Counted from the first letter of the stretch, positions 10,101 through 21,396 are shown. The stretch is DNA of 64,000 nucleotides from an uncultured Verrucomicrobiae bacterium (GCA_963788655.1 CAWBHS010000062.1:64001-128000); one strand, 5' to 3'. Numbers and translations are program-made. Notes: generated from the sequence alone by a model not told the origin.

Positions 10101-12195
10101 CCGTCGGTCATGTTTAACCGCGTAGGATCGGTGGCACGGACGGCCTCGGACACGTTGATGACGGCGCGTTCGAACTCGTCCATTTTGCCGCCGTAAAGGT
10201 TGATGCAATTGATGTAGAGCCACTCGTTCTCGATGGACCACAGCATGACCGACGGATGGTTTCGTTCGCCGCGCACTTGAGCCAGCAACTGGTCCTTCCA
10301 ATTCTCCATGAGCTGCATCTTGATGTCCGATCCGTAAAGCCGCTTGAGGTCCGGATCATTCTCGATGGCCATGTAACCGATGCGCTCGCCGTCGAGAATT
10401 CCCGAGCGGCGGCAGACCACGCCGTTTTGGTCGAAGAAGGACAAGGCTTCGTCCGGGGACAGGCTTTTCCAGGAAGTGCCCCAGAACCGCATCACGGTTT
10501 GGTGTTTGGCCCGGTAGAACTTGAGCCAGTCCTCCTTGGTGGGGGCAGTGAAGCAATCGGCCCAACCGTGAAAGGGAATCCCGTTCAGCAAAAAATCTTT
10601 GCCCCGGTTCGACCATTCACGAAAGCCAAACGAGGTTTCCTGCTTGTCCAACTCCTGACCGTCACGAAGCAGCTTGGTGCGCAGGACATACATGAAGGGA
10701 TCATCCGGCCACCACCGGTGCGGATCGGTCCAGTTTTGCGCCAGGCTGAGAGTTTTCGTTTCGCCTGCGGCCAGGGTGAAGTTTTGCGACGCGAACTGCT
10801 TTGCGATGGAGCCATCTGGCGCAAGGACTTCGCAACGGAGTTCGCCTGAGGCAGCGCTGTCGCTGGGATTGAGCAGGGTGAGGTCCGCGCCCAATTGCTG
10901 TTGCGCCACGCTGGGCTTGATGAACACATCGCTTACATAGACCGGTCCCGCCGCGACCAGCTCCGGCGTCACGAGAATGCCCGACTGCGGGTGCGCCCAG
11001 ATCGGGTACGCCAGATCCTGGAAGCCTTCATCAAAAAACCGTTTCGGCAGGTTGAATCGCTTGCGCAGCTTGAGCGGATTGTTTGGGTTGGTGGAATAGC
11101 CATACCAGGCGTCCCGGATGCCCACCCATACTTCGTTGGTGCCCGGCTTCAGTGCCCGGCTGACGTCGATTTGCACGCGGGCGAAGGGATTTTTGTCGAA
11201 CCCACAAATTTGGCCGTTCACAAAGACGGTGGTGTTTAGATTGTTCTGCGGAAAGACGAGGAAGAACGAGCGACCCGCCAACGATGCAGGCACTTCGACG
11301 CGCGTGCGATACCACAGGCGATGCGCAAACACCAAATCGTCGCGGATGTTCTTGTCGCTGGGCACGCGGATAGCCGTCCAACGGGGTGCGACGGGGAAAT
11401 CCTTGATGGGCGCGGCCACCTCGCCGGGCAACTGTTCGTCGTGCCGACAAACCGACCAAAGGCCCTCCAGCTTGATCGCAGTGCGGGCGCCAGGAGCGGA
11501 CGCATCGGGGAGGCGGAAAACTTGTTGCGCGGCCAAGCGGTCCTGCTCGGTTTGATGATCCTGGTCAGGCTTGAAATGCGAGTAAGGATGAAACGGGCCG
11601 TGCGCCAGACATAGCGCGTCCAAGGCAAACAGGATGCGTTGCACCTTGCCTTTATCGTCCTTAGTTTTGGGAAGCCGCAATCTCAGCGTGTGCGGACCGG
11701 CGGCCAGCGTTTGATTGCCCAGTTTCAGCCACGCGACTTCGGTCCAATCACTGAGCTGCATGAGATCGGTCGTCAACTCTTGGGGATCGACGCGCTGCCA
11801 GGCGCCGTTATCCAAACGCCAATCGAAGGGCGAGCGAACCAACTCATAACCAATGCGCGCCCAGGCTTCATAGTCGCCGGGCGCGGTGACTTGGAGGGCG
11901 TAATCAATGAGCACGCCGTCCGCTGGAGCATCGGCTTCGACCTTGCCGGCGTCGATGCTGACCTTCAACCAAGCGCCATCGGAAAGAAAATCCGGATGTC
12001 CAACGCCTTCGGGTTTGGGCGTGAAATTGATGTGCGTTGGCGTTTCACCTTCGAGCCAGATGTAGGCTGGGCCGGGACGGTGGCCGCATTGCTGGCCGGA
12101 GTTGCCAAGAGAATGGGAAGAGACAAAGCGAGGGAAAGGTGGAAGGCGGAAACGCGCTTCGACAGGCTTCGCAAATGCAATGCGTTTTGAATCAT
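7106..12195 (-). CDS. Large secreted GH2-like glycoside hydrolase; frameshift near 12065
   Basis: WYRT sugar-binding domain, WWPDDPFMY, FGFREW and RNHPSVMLWSIENE acid/base motif. The signal peptide (MIQNA..LALSLPILLATPASNAA) lies in the adjacent frame, ORF 11965-12195. Confidence 0.8.
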
Positions 12196-12248
12196 AGCTG
12201 TGCGGCATGGTCGCTGTGCGAGGCCAGCGAGTCGAGAAGAAACCGCGC

Positions 12249-12363
12249 CACCGCGTCATCGCGATGACGCGGTGAATGGCAGATGGCAGATGGCAAATGG
12301 TCAACAGTCATTGTTTTGCCATTTGCCATTTGCCATTTGCCATTGCAGCGGCTGCACCGCTGC
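12249..12363. repeat. 26-bp perfect palindrome plus ATGGCAR/TTGCCAT heptamer hairpin
   Basis: CACCGCGTCATCGCGATGACGCGGTG at 12249-12274; heptamer arms at 12275-12301 and 12314-12344. Confidence 0.85.
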
Positions 12364-12888
12364 TCACTCGCCCCGGGCGGCTCGGGCTTCGGAGGAATTA
12401 TAGAGTGGGTGCGTGGCTTTTAAATTGCGCAAGAAATTGAGCCGGAAATCGCGGGCCTTCTGCGCCTTTTCGCGAGCCGATCGGTCCTTCTCCGGCAAGT
12501 GCCGCTGTCCTTCAAAGGGCAGTTTTTCCACCGCGCCAGCCCAACCGGACAGTTGCCGAGCACACGATTCGGCCAGCGCGCGGATCTTTTGCAACGCTGC
12601 GACGTGTCGTTTCAATTTGGGCCGATCCTTGACCACGGCCATCATCGAACGGACTTCGCCCGACGAACCGCGCGCAATGGCAATGAACGAAAGCAGTTCT
12701 TTGGTAGTGGAGCGCTCGAAGCCTTCCGCAACATTATTGGAAATGGATAGCGCCGCCCGATCCAATTGATTGCGGAAGCCCGATGTCAATGGCACGCCCG
12801 GCTCTTCCAGCAGATCGATTACGGTGTTGTAAAGCCGAGCCGCTTCTTGCCACACGGGCAGGTCTTCAAACTGTTGGTACTTGGCCAT
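12364..12888 (-). CDS. Four helix bundle protein (23S rRNA IVP / Avd-like)
   Basis: FEDLPVWQEA, QLDRAALSISNNVAEGFER and IARGSSGEVRS motifs. Confidence 0.92.
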   Translation of the reverse strand: MAKYQQFEDLPVWQEAARLYNTVIDLLEEPGVPLTSGFRNQLDRAALSISNNVAEGFERSTTKELLSFIAIARGSSGEVRSMMAVVKDRPKLKRHVAALQKIRALAESCARQLSGWAGAVEKLPFEGQRHLPEKDRSAREKAQKARDFRLNFLRNLKATHPLYNSSEARAARGE

Positions 12889-12973
12889 AAAGATAGTCCT
12901 TTCGTTGATTGATAATCTGTTGGTTTGTTCTCCAGTTTTATTCGACTAAATGACTCCTGGTGGTCACTTGGCG

Positions 12974-12998
12974 TTTGCCATCTGCCATCTGCTATTGG
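12974..12998. repeat. Heptamer arm upstream of four helix bundle gene
   Basis: TTTGCCATCTGCCATCTGC (12974-12992) is the exact reverse complement of 12279-12297. Confidence 0.85.
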
Positions 12999-13070
12999 CG
13001 CAAGCCTACCCGTGCGCTTCCGCCAGGACCACTACATCACACCGCCCCACTTCGGCCCGAACCAGCGCGC

Positions 13071-13646
13071 TCAAGAATACGCCGGCTCGTTACCGCGTTT
13101 CCATTTGATGTTGCAGCCGATGCTGGGTTTCTGTTCGGCAGGTGCGGGCTTGCCCGCGAGCACGGCGTCCAGGGCCGCGCGGAGGTCTTTACCGGTAACC
13201 GGGATTCCATTGCCTGGCCGGCTGCCATCCAATTGACCGCGATAGGCTAATCGCCGCTGCCCGTCGAACAGGAAGAAATCCGGCGTGCAGGCGGCGTGAT
13301 AGGCTTTGGCCACTTCCTGGCTTTCGTCATAAAGGTACGGAAAGGAGTAGCCGGCGGCTTTCACTTCTTCGGCCATCTTTTGCGGTCTGTCGTCGGGGTG
13401 GTTGGCGACATCGTTGGAGTTGATCGCCACCATGCCCACGCCGTGCGATTGGTAGTCGCGAGCCAGTTGGGCCAATTCGGACCGGACGTGTTTAACGAAC
13501 GGACAATGATTGCAGATGAACATGACCAGTATGGCCGGCGCATCCTTGAAGTCGGCCAGTGAAATGGTGTTCCCTGCGGTGTCGGGCAGTCGAAAATCCG
13601 GGGCCACCGTGCCCAGCGGCAGCATGGTTGAGGGTGTTTGTGCCAT
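13071..13646 (-). CDS. Thioredoxin/AhpC-TSA family protein (PRX-like1)
   Basis: FICNHCPFV, FPYLYDESQ, AACTPDFF and SIGCNIKW motifs. Confidence 0.93.
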   Translation of the reverse strand: MAQTPSTMLPLGTVAPDFRLPDTAGNTISLADFKDAPAILVMFICNHCPFVKHVRSELAQLARDYQSHGVGMVAINSNDVANHPDDRPQKMAEEVKAAGYSFPYLYDESQEVAKAYHAACTPDFFLFDGQRRLAYRGQLDGSRPGNGIPVTGKDLRAALDAVLAGKPAPAEQKPSIGCNIKWKRGNEPAYS

Positions 13647-13828
13647 AGTGTCAGCTTTTTTTGGTAGGTATTTTAGGCTCAGTGATGGAGCTTGTTAAGC
13701 AGTTTTCCAGAGCAGTTCAGAGTCTTCTGGTGATGAGGCAAGACCGCTTCGCGTTTTGATTACCACTTCCCGAAGTATGGGGGTATCACTGGGCACCTTG
13801 GCAATAGCCTTCGAAATACGCGAGGCGT

Positions 13829-13933
13829 CTGGAGTGCGTGGAGCTTGCTCCCGCTTTCGTCTCGCGTATCGCGCTCAAGAATTCGACTGCCTTTCCCCAG
13901 CCGAAAGCGCCGGCAAGCCGGCCGCACTCCAAG
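13829..13933. repeat. REP-like doublet TGGAGTGCG..CGCACTCCAA
   Basis: Inverted arms; similar to 29197-29276. Confidence 0.65.
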
Positions 13934-14119
13934 CGCTGGCGCGACTGACTACAAGCCGTTTCAGGATGTCGCTCAGCGCCTGCTCTTGCAGGGGAGGATG
14001 AGCGCGCGCTGAGTGTTTGGAAATGGGAAACCGAATGAGCCATCGTGCTCCGTCTCCCACATTGGCGAGCGCTGTGGACTGGCGTCTTAATCGGTTTGAA
14101 ATCTTCGGAGCGAATCGAC

Positions 14120-15997
14120 CTACACGAATTCCATCTCGTAGCTGTACACGTTACCGGTGTATTTCGTCTGGATCTTCATGTTGCTCTTGGCGAACACGGC
14201 TTGCATGGCCTTGTTTTCCGAGAGCACTTCGGCGGTGAAACCGCGGATGCCGTTGCGCCGCGCGATGCGGATCAATTGTTGCAACAGGAAGGTGCCGATG
14301 CCCTGGTTCTGCCACTTGTCATGTACCACGAACGCCACTTCCGCCATGTTTGTCTTGCGGTCCAGATAGTAGCTGCCGATGGCAATGATGTCTTCCCCGT
14401 GCGCTTCGGGCAGCGTCCCGACCAGCGTCACGTCGTTGCGGTGGTCGATATAAACAAAGTCCTGGATTTGCTTGCGCGGCACCACCTTGGTCGAACTCAT
14501 GAACCGGTAGTAAATCGTTCCCTGCGACAGCTTGTAGAAGAGATCGCGCGCCCGGGCTTCGTCGGTGGGATGCATCGGGCGGAAGTTGATCTGCGTGCCG
14601 TCGTTCAGCAGGTAGGTCGTCCGCAGTTCCTTCGGCCCGACGCTGATCTTACCTTCGATGTCGGCCATGTTGGCGTAGAGATATTTGGCTTCAATCGCTT
14701 CCCGCAGCAGTTGCTCGCGGAACTTGGGATGCGCGATGCAGATCAGTGCCATGGCCCGTTCCTGGATGCTCTTGCCGTGCAGGTAGGCCACGCCGTATTC
14801 GGTGACCACGTAATTGACTCCCGCCCGCGTAGTAACCACGCCGGCCCCCGGGCTTAGCCGGGTGACGATCCGAGAGACGGTTCCGTCCTTGGCCGTCGAA
14901 GGGATGGCGATGATGGCTTTGCCGTCGTGCGCTTTGGCGGCGCCGCGGTTGAAATCCACCTGCCCGCCGACGCCGGAGAAAAACTTGGTGCCCAGCGAAT
15001 CCGCGCACACCTGCCCGGTCAGGTCAATCTCCAGCGCCACATTGATGGCCACCATTTTGTTCTGCTGGCTGATGATGTAGGGATTGTTCACATACTCGGT
15101 CGGGTGGAACGAAAACGCCGGGTTGTCGTCGAGGAAATCATACAGTTTCCGGGTGCCCAGGGCGAAACTGGCCACGACCTTGCCGCGATCAAGTGTTTTG
15201 CGATTGCCGTTCACCACGCCGGATTGTACCAGGTCGATAATCCCGTCGGAGATCATTTCGGTATGGATGCCCAGATCCTTCTTGTCTTTGAGGAATCCGA
15301 GCAGGGACTGCGGAATGCGGCCGATGCCCACTTCGATCGTGGAGCCGTCCTCAATGAGCGAAGCCAGGTTTTCGGCAATCTGCCGCGTCTCTTCGGTCAC
15401 TTCGACCGGCGGCACTTCGTGAATGGGATCTTCGACCGGTACCAGGACGTCCATGTCGTACACATGGATGAACGCATCCCCATGCATGCGCGGCATGTTG
15501 GGATTAACCTGGGCGATGACGAGCGAAGCGTTTTCGGTGGCGCTCTTGACGATGTCCACCGAAACGCCAAAACTGCACAGCCCATTTTTATCGGGCGGGC
15601 TTACCTGGATCAGAGCGGTATCCAAGGGCAATTGGCCGGAATCAAACAACCGGGGAATATCCGACAGATGGATGGGCGTGTAGTCGCCCAGACCTTCCTG
15701 GATGATGTTGCGCACGTTCTCCGCGATGAAGAAGCTGTTGGTGCGAAACACCGAAGCCAATTCCTTGTGGGCGTAGGGCGCTTCGCCGAACGTCAGCAGA
15801 TGCACGATTTCGGTGTCGGGCAGATCGGACGCCCGGCGCGTCAGGGCGCCGACCAGTTGCAGCGGTTCGGCGCAGCCGGTGCCGATGAAAATGCGCTGGC
15901 CGGGCCGAAGTTTGGCTACGGCCTCGTCCGGCGTGGCAATGAGGGATTGGTATTTCTCCTTCCAGGAGGTGTCGAAACTGATCTTCTTGTCGCTCAT
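14120..15997 (-). CDS. Acetyl-CoA hydrolase/transferase fused to C-terminal GNAT acetyltransferase
   Basis: QVSPPDKNG, GIG, HTEMISDG, SGVGGQVDF and VTEYGVA, followed by a GNAT with AEVAFVV..QNQGIGT. Confidence 0.92.
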   Translation of the reverse strand: MSDKKISFDTSWKEKYQSLIATPDEAVAKLRPGQRIFIGTGCAEPLQLVGALTRRASDLPDTEIVHLLTFGEAPYAHKELASVFRTNSFFIAENVRNIIQEGLGDYTPIHLSDIPRLFDSGQLPLDTALIQVSPPDKNGLCSFGVSVDIVKSATENASLVIAQVNPNMPRMHGDAFIHVYDMDVLVPVEDPIHEVPPVEVTEETRQIAENLASLIEDGSTIEVGIGRIPQSLLGFLKDKKDLGIHTEMISDGIIDLVQSGVVNGNRKTLDRGKVVASFALGTRKLYDFLDDNPAFSFHPTEYVNNPYIISQQNKMVAINVALEIDLTGQVCADSLGTKFFSGVGGQVDFNRGAAKAHDGKAIIAIPSTAKDGTVSRIVTRLSPGAGVVTTRAGVNYVVTEYGVAYLHGKSIQERAMALICIAHPKFREQLLREAIEAKYLYANMADIEGKISVGPKELRTTYLLNDGTQINFRPMHPTDEARARDLFYKLSQGTIYYRFMSSTKVVPRKQIQDFVYIDHRNDVTLVGTLPEAHGEDIIAIGSYYLDRKTNMAEVAFVVHDKWQNQGIGTFLLQQLIRIARRNGIRGFTAEVLSENKAMQAVFAKSNMKIQTKYTGNVYSYEMEFV

Positions 15998-16026
15998 AAA
16001 TTATAAAAAGGTTCAACGTTCGCACC

Positions 16027-18118
16027 TCACGCCAACGTCATGCGGGCGTCGGCGACGTAGGCTTCGGTGCCCACGCTGCCGACAATAAAGGGATTGATAT
16101 CGAGTTCTTTGATCTCCGGATAATCCGTGGCCAACTGGCTGATGCGCTGAAGCGCGCTGGCCAATGCGTCCAAGTCCACCGGCGCCTGGCCGCGCGCGCC
16201 TTTGAGCAGCGCGTATGACCGGGTGCCCTTCAACATTTGCATCGCTTCCTCGTGCGTGATCGGCGCCAGGTAAAACGTGACGTCCTTCATCACTTCCACG
16301 AAAATGCCGCCCAGACCGAACATCAGCATCGGCCCGAACTGCGGATCGCGCGTCATACCCAGAATGACCTCCCGGCCGCGGTGCCCCATTTTCTCGACGA
16401 ATCCGCCGCGGATGTAGGCGTCCGGACTGCGGCGCTGCACCCGCAGCATCATCAAATCGAAGGCATCCCGGACCTGCTCGGGGCTGGCCAGGTTGATGCG
16501 CACGCCGCCGAAATCCGATTTGTGAATGATGTCTGGCGAGGAAATTTTCAGCACCACCGGGAAGCCGATCCGGTCGGCGATCTCGACCGCCTCGTCGGCG
16601 GCTGCGGGCCAGGTGCGCCGTCCAGAATGTCGAAAGTCATAGGCGCGCAGGATTTCCTTGGCCTCCACTTCGCCGACCTGGTGAATCTTGCTGCGGCTGT
16701 GCCATTGGATGACGCGTTCCACGCGGCGGCGATTGACCGGGAAGCGGGTCACGATGCGCGCCGGCCGACGTCTCCAGGCCGCGTAATCGCACATCGCCTT
16801 GAGCGCGCCCACCGCGCGATCGGGAGAGGCATAGTTGGGAATGCCCAACTCCATGAGTTTTTCCTTGGCTGCGGCCACTTCTCCGCCGCCCATGAATGCC
16901 GCCAAAATCGGTTTGGTTCGTTTGTGCGCCTTGGAAAGTTTTTCGGCCAATTCCAGCGGCCGGGTCATGTTCTGGGGCGTGACCACCACCACGATGGCGT
17001 CAATGTTTTCATCATCTTGGAGGATTTCGAAGGCCTTCATGTATCGGTCCGGTTCGGCGTCACCGATGACGTCCACCGGATTGCCGAAAGCCGCCGTGGC
17101 CGGCAGCACTTCTTTGCAGGCGGGCTTTGGAGGTATCGCTCGGCGACACCATTTTCAAGCCCATCGACTCGGCGGCGTCGGCGGCCATGATGCCCGGGCC
17201 GCCAGCGTTGGTGATGACGCACACACGGTTGCCGGTCGGCAGCGGTTGCATGCCCAGCGCCAGCGCGTAATCAAACAGAGATTCGAAATTCTCCGCGCGA
17301 ATGACGCCCGCCCGCTTGAACGCAGCGCCGTAGGCCATGTCCGCACCCGCGAGGCTGCCCGTGTGCGAGGACGCGGCTTTGGCGCCGGCCTGGGTGATGC
17401 CGACCTTGAGGATGACCACGGGTTTCTTGCCGGCGGCTTCTTCGGCCACGCGCAGAAACTTATCGCCTTCCTTGATGCTTTCCAGGTAACCGGCAATGAC
17501 TTTGGTTTCCTCGTCTTCGGCCAGCGCTTGCAGGAAATCCACTTCGTTGAGGTCGGCTTTGTTCCCGAAGCTGATCACCTTGCCCAATCCCAGCTTCTGT
17601 TGGGCGGCCCAATCGAGAATGGCCACGCACAACGCGCCGGACTGCGAGATCACGGAAATGCTGCCGGGCGGCGGCACGCACGGGGCGAACGTGGCGTTCA
17701 GGTGGTGGTGGGTGTTGAGCACGCCGAGACAATTGGGCCCCATCATCCGGACGCCGGCGGCATGGCACATCTCCACCAGTTCGCGTTCGATCTCGGCACC
17801 CTTGGCACTGACCTCCTTGAAGCCGGCGGTGATGACCACGACGGTCTTCGCGCCTTTATCAATCGATTTCCGCACGGCGTCTTTGACCCACTTGGCACCC
17901 ACTACGATGATGCTCAAGTCGATGTTCTCCGGGTATGCTTCGAGGTCCTGGTAGCATTTGACGCCGAGGATGTCCGGCGCCTCGAGGTTAACGGGAACGA
18001 TCGTTCCTTTGAAGCCGCTGTTAATCAGATTCGACATGAACGCGTACCCGACCTTGTCGGGATTTCGCGACGCCCCGACGACGGCTACCGTCTTTGGATA
18101 CAAAAGTGTCTCAAGCAT
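16027..18118 (-). CDS. ADP-forming acetate/acyl-CoA ligase (alpha+beta fusion), frameshifted
   Basis: VVGASRNP, GPNCLG, SQSGAL and SHTGSLAG (phospho-His); NPVDVIGDA, HKSDFGGV, DPQFGP and ELDINP. Frame break near 17110-17150 and a garbled stretch near 16610-16635. Confidence 0.88.
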
Positions 18119-18319
18119 AATTTTTAATGCGGGAAAAGCTCCCGGTATTCCAGTTCATTTGCTCACCAACGCTTGTTCAAGGCTTTCCAGTTTTTGCAAA
18201 GCCCCGCCAACGCAAGGTTAGGGCAGAGCTTTCAGCGGTGCAAAACTGAATTGGAATGTAGGGAATTTGGCTCCGGGCACATCGCTTGCCTTTCGAAGGG
18301 GACGTGTTTCAATGTGGTT

Positions 18320-19306
18320 ATGCGAGCGATGCAATTGACTTCTCCCGGAACACCGCTGGAATCCGCGGAACTCCCCCCACCCGCTCCCGGTCCCGGCCAG
18401 GTGCTCATCCGGGTGCGGGCGTGCGCCGTCTGCCGTACGGATTTGCACGTGGTGGACGGGGAATTGCCCCGGCCCAAGGTGCCGCTGATCCCCGGCCATG
18501 AAATCGTGGGAATCATCACGGAGAAAGGTCCGGGCGTGGACCGTTTTCAAATCGGTGATCGGGTCGGAGTACCCTGGCTCGGGTGGACGTGCGGCCAATG
18601 TGACTATTGCCGAAGCGAGCGTGAGAACCTGTGCGACCAGGCCCGTTTCACGGGCTACACGTTGGACGGGGGCTACGCGGAATACACGGTGGCGGACGCC
18701 CGTTTTTGTTTTCCGATTCCGGACTCATACGCCGATGCGGAAGCCGCGCCGCTGCTGTGCGCCGGTTTGATTGGTTACCGTTCGTTGCGCAAGGCGGGGG
18801 AAGGAAAGCGGTTGGGGATTTACGGGTTCGGAGCGGCTGCCCATATCGTGACCCAGGTGGCGCAATATCAGGGGCGCCAAGTTTATGCGTTCACTCGCCC
18901 CGGTGATACTCAGGCTCAGGAATTTGCTCTTAGCCTCGGCGCGGTCTGGGCCGGTGGCTCCGACATAAAACCGCCGGAGCCGTTGGATGCCGCGATCATT
19001 TTCGCTCCCGTCGGCAGCCTTGTGCCGCCGGCTTTGCGCGCGGTGCGCAAAGGAGCACCGGTCGTTTGCGGCGGCATTCACATGAGCGACATCCCGGCGT
19101 TCCCGTACGAAATCTTGTGGGAAGAACGCAGTCTGTGTTCGGTGGCCAACCTGACACGCCGGGACGGTGAAGAGTTCATGGCGCTGGCCCCAAAAGTGCC
19201 GGTCCGCACGGAGGTCACCACGTTCCCGTTGAGCGAGGCGAACGAGGCCCTCGCGCGCTTGCGCAGCGGCAGCCTGAGCGGGGCGGCGGTGTTGCTGACG
19301 GCGTAA
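18320..19306 (+). CDS. Zinc-dependent alcohol dehydrogenase family protein
   Basis: CRTDLH, GHE, CGQCDYC..C, PLLCAG and GIYGFGAA motifs. Start moved to ATG 18320. Confidence 0.93.
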   Translation: MRAMQLTSPGTPLESAELPPPAPGPGQVLIRVRACAVCRTDLHVVDGELPRPKVPLIPGHEIVGIITEKGPGVDRFQIGDRVGVPWLGWTCGQCDYCRSERENLCDQARFTGYTLDGGYAEYTVADARFCFPIPDSYADAEAAPLLCAGLIGYRSLRKAGEGKRLGIYGFGAAAHIVTQVAQYQGRQVYAFTRPGDTQAQEFALSLGAVWAGGSDIKPPEPLDAAIIFAPVGSLVPPALRAVRKGAPVVCGGIHMSDIPAFPYEILWEERSLCSVANLTRRDGEEFMALAPKVPVRTEVTTFPLSEANEALARLRSGSLSGAAVLLTA

Positions 19307-19307
19307 G

Positions 19308-19457
19308 AACGTGCTGCCCGCATCCTGCCGGCAGTTGGGAACGGTAGTTACGAAGCGAAACCCCGTGACCATTCGCACGCCGCGCCTGCATCCGTCTCTG
19401 CCGGCGGGACGCCGACAGCACGTTGCCGGAGCGTGCTGCCGGCATCTTGCCGGCAGA
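19308..19457. repeat. REP-like triplet CGTGCTGCCGGCATCTTGCCGGCAG
   Basis: Three alternating-orientation copies between convergent genes. Confidence 0.8.
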
Positions 19458-19551
19458 TCGAACGGAGGAATGTGTGCCAAATTGAATTCCAGGTTCGAGC
19501 GCGAGTACTCGGGTCGTGGAAAAACGTTCGATTTGGTGCCGAATGTGCAAG

Positions 19552-20190
19552 TCAGCGCCTTTTGTTTTGTTGCTTCAGAAAGCGTTCCGCCTTCTTGCGG
19601 GTCGCGGGACGGGCATTCTTCAATTGCCGCTTCACGAAGCGAATCACCGCGGCAGGATCGGCGAGCAAGTCAACGAATTCTTCGAAAGCGGTAATTGCAT
19701 GCCCGATGGCGATGCGACGGCATTCGACCGTTTGATACCGCGCACGGGACACCTTCAACAGTTCCCGCGCAATGCGGTCCGCCCAGGCTGGGTGGGTCCG
19801 CGCAATCCGTGCTCCGCCGGCAATCACGTTGGCGGCGGTGATCATCACTGGTCCGGAGACTGGGGCGAAATATTTATCAAGGTGTCGTTCAAATTTGCGT
19901 CCGGAATCCACCCGCACCAAGTGCGACAGCACAATGATCGCTTCCCATTGGAGAATTTTGTTGGGGTGATCGAGCATGCTCACGAAGAAATTGAAGTGCG
20001 GATAGAGCAAAGCCGGCCGCTGTTCGGCGAGGAGGCGCAGGACTTTGGCGCAGCCGAACTTGATCCGCGCCGTATCGGCCGCCAATCCCGATACGATCTC
20101 GGCCACGTACGCCGGATGATGGATTACTTGCTCCGCCACTTGCTCGAGCTTCACGTCGCCCTGCTGCAATTGTATCAGCCAGTCGGACAT
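19552..20190 (-). CDS. Hypothetical alpha-helical (HEAT/ARM-like) protein
   Basis: Plausible helical protein (IKFGCAKVL, PALLYPHF, MITAANVI); start probably ATG 20190. Confidence 0.65.
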   Translation of the reverse strand: MSDWLIQLQQGDVKLEQVAEQVIHHPAYVAEIVSGLAADTARIKFGCAKVLRLLAEQRPALLYPHFNFFVSMLDHPNKILQWEAIIVLSHLVRVDSGRKFERHLDKYFAPVSGPVMITAANVIAGGARIARTHPAWADRIARELLKVSRARYQTVECRRIAIGHAITAFEEFVDLLADPAAVIRFVKRQLKNARPATRKKAERFLKQQNKRR

Positions 20191-20412
20191 GGCGGCACAC
20201 TCCGGCCCGTCGGAGGAAAAGTCGATCCTGAAAATGATCAGCGACGGTTTGTTGGGGGCGGGGTTTACGGCCGAAGACCAATGGCCGAAATCCAAAAGAA
20301 ATCCGAAAACCGATCCCCGAAGGAAACTACCGGTGTGGCATTTTGAATTGCACTACCAACCGCTTCAATTGCCGGTGGTGCACTCCTTGCGGTCGCGCCC
20401 TGATCCTCTGGT

Positions 20413-21396
20413 TTAGGAAACGGGGGAAGTTAGGATCGCCCCTTCGCGGAGTCCCCATCGACTTACGAACAATTCTTGGTAGCCGAATTGGCGCATGGCC
20501 ATTTCGTAAATGACGGCTCCCGTGAGAATCACGTCTGCCTTTTCCGGATCAAGGCCGGGAAGTTGCCGACGTTCTTGGGCGGAAAGACTCCAGAGTCGTT
20601 CGATTTGTTCACTGGCGTTCGCCAGACCAAGCCGGAGTGGTTCGCCGGATCCGGCCACCGGCCGCGCGGCACTCAACCGCGTGAGCGTTTTGAGGGCGCC
20701 ACCCAAGCCCACCAAGCTGACTGTCCGACCGCCGAAGGACTTCGACTTCAGCACGGAGCTAAGCTCCGGATGCACTTCCTGCTGGAGGAAGTCACTTACC
20801 GTCTGCCGGCAATGCGCCAGGTCGTTTGCCGTGGGCGGATCGGCTGGTATCAGCACGTCTAACAGCCGGGTGGTCCCCAGGCGGGTGCTGCGGTCGAAGC
20901 AAGTGGCGCCAGCTTCGCCTACGATCCATTCGGTGCTGCCGCCCCCTACGTCCACAATCAACACCGGACGCCGGGCAAATTGCGAATCGCTCGTCACTCC
21001 CTGGAATACATATTTGGCTTCTTGTTCGCCAGAGATGATTTCCACCGGCACATTCGCGATTCGTCGAACGGCCTGGACGAGTTCGTCGCCATTACGGGCT
21101 TCCCGGGCGGCGCAGGTAGCCAACACGCGCAACGAAGTGGGGTTCAATTCTGCTGCGCGGACGGCAAATTCCGCCACCACTTCAGCCGTGCGTGCCACCG
21201 CATCGAGGGATAGGTACCCGGTACGAAACGCGCCCTGGCCCAGGCGGGTCTGCCGGCTCAGCTTCATCAGCGGGCACAACGTTCCGGCCAGATCCGCCAC
21301 GAGCAGTTTGACCGCGTTGGTGCCAATTTCGATCACCGCCCGCCGCTCTCCCGTGCCGGAGATTGTGCTCAGTTTTCTTGGAAGGCTTTGGTTCAT
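20413..21396 (-). CDS. ppx: Ppx/GppA family exopolyphosphatase
   Basis: IEIGTNAVKL, TRLGQG, ATCAAREARN, ISGEQEA, DVGGGSTE and GLREG motifs. Confidence 0.88.
   Translation of the reverse strand: MNQSLPRKLSTISGTGERRAVIEIGTNAVKLLVADLAGTLCPLMKLSRQTRLGQGAFRTGYLSLDAVARTAEVVAEFAVRAAELNPTSLRVLATCAAREARNGDELVQAVRRIANVPVEIISGEQEAKYVFQGVTSDSQFARRPVLIVDVGGGSTEWIVGEAGATCFDRSTRLGTTRLLDVLIPADPPTANDLAHCRQTVSDFLQQEVHPELSSVLKSKSFGGRTVSLVGLGGALKTLTRLSAARPVAGSGEPLRLGLANASEQIERLWSLSAQERRQLPGLDPEKADVILTGAVIYEMAMRQFGYQELFVSRWGLREGAILTSPVS

Noticed and set aside
12196..12304. N-terminal extension MTICHLPSAIH.. of the 1732-aa ORF
   Set aside because: It is translated heptamer repeat; the real signal peptide starts at 12195 in another frame.
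18194..18211. Sigma-54 promoter upstream of the CoA ligase (TTGGCGGGGCTTTGCA)
   Set aside because: GG-to-GC spacing is 9 nt rather than the required 10.
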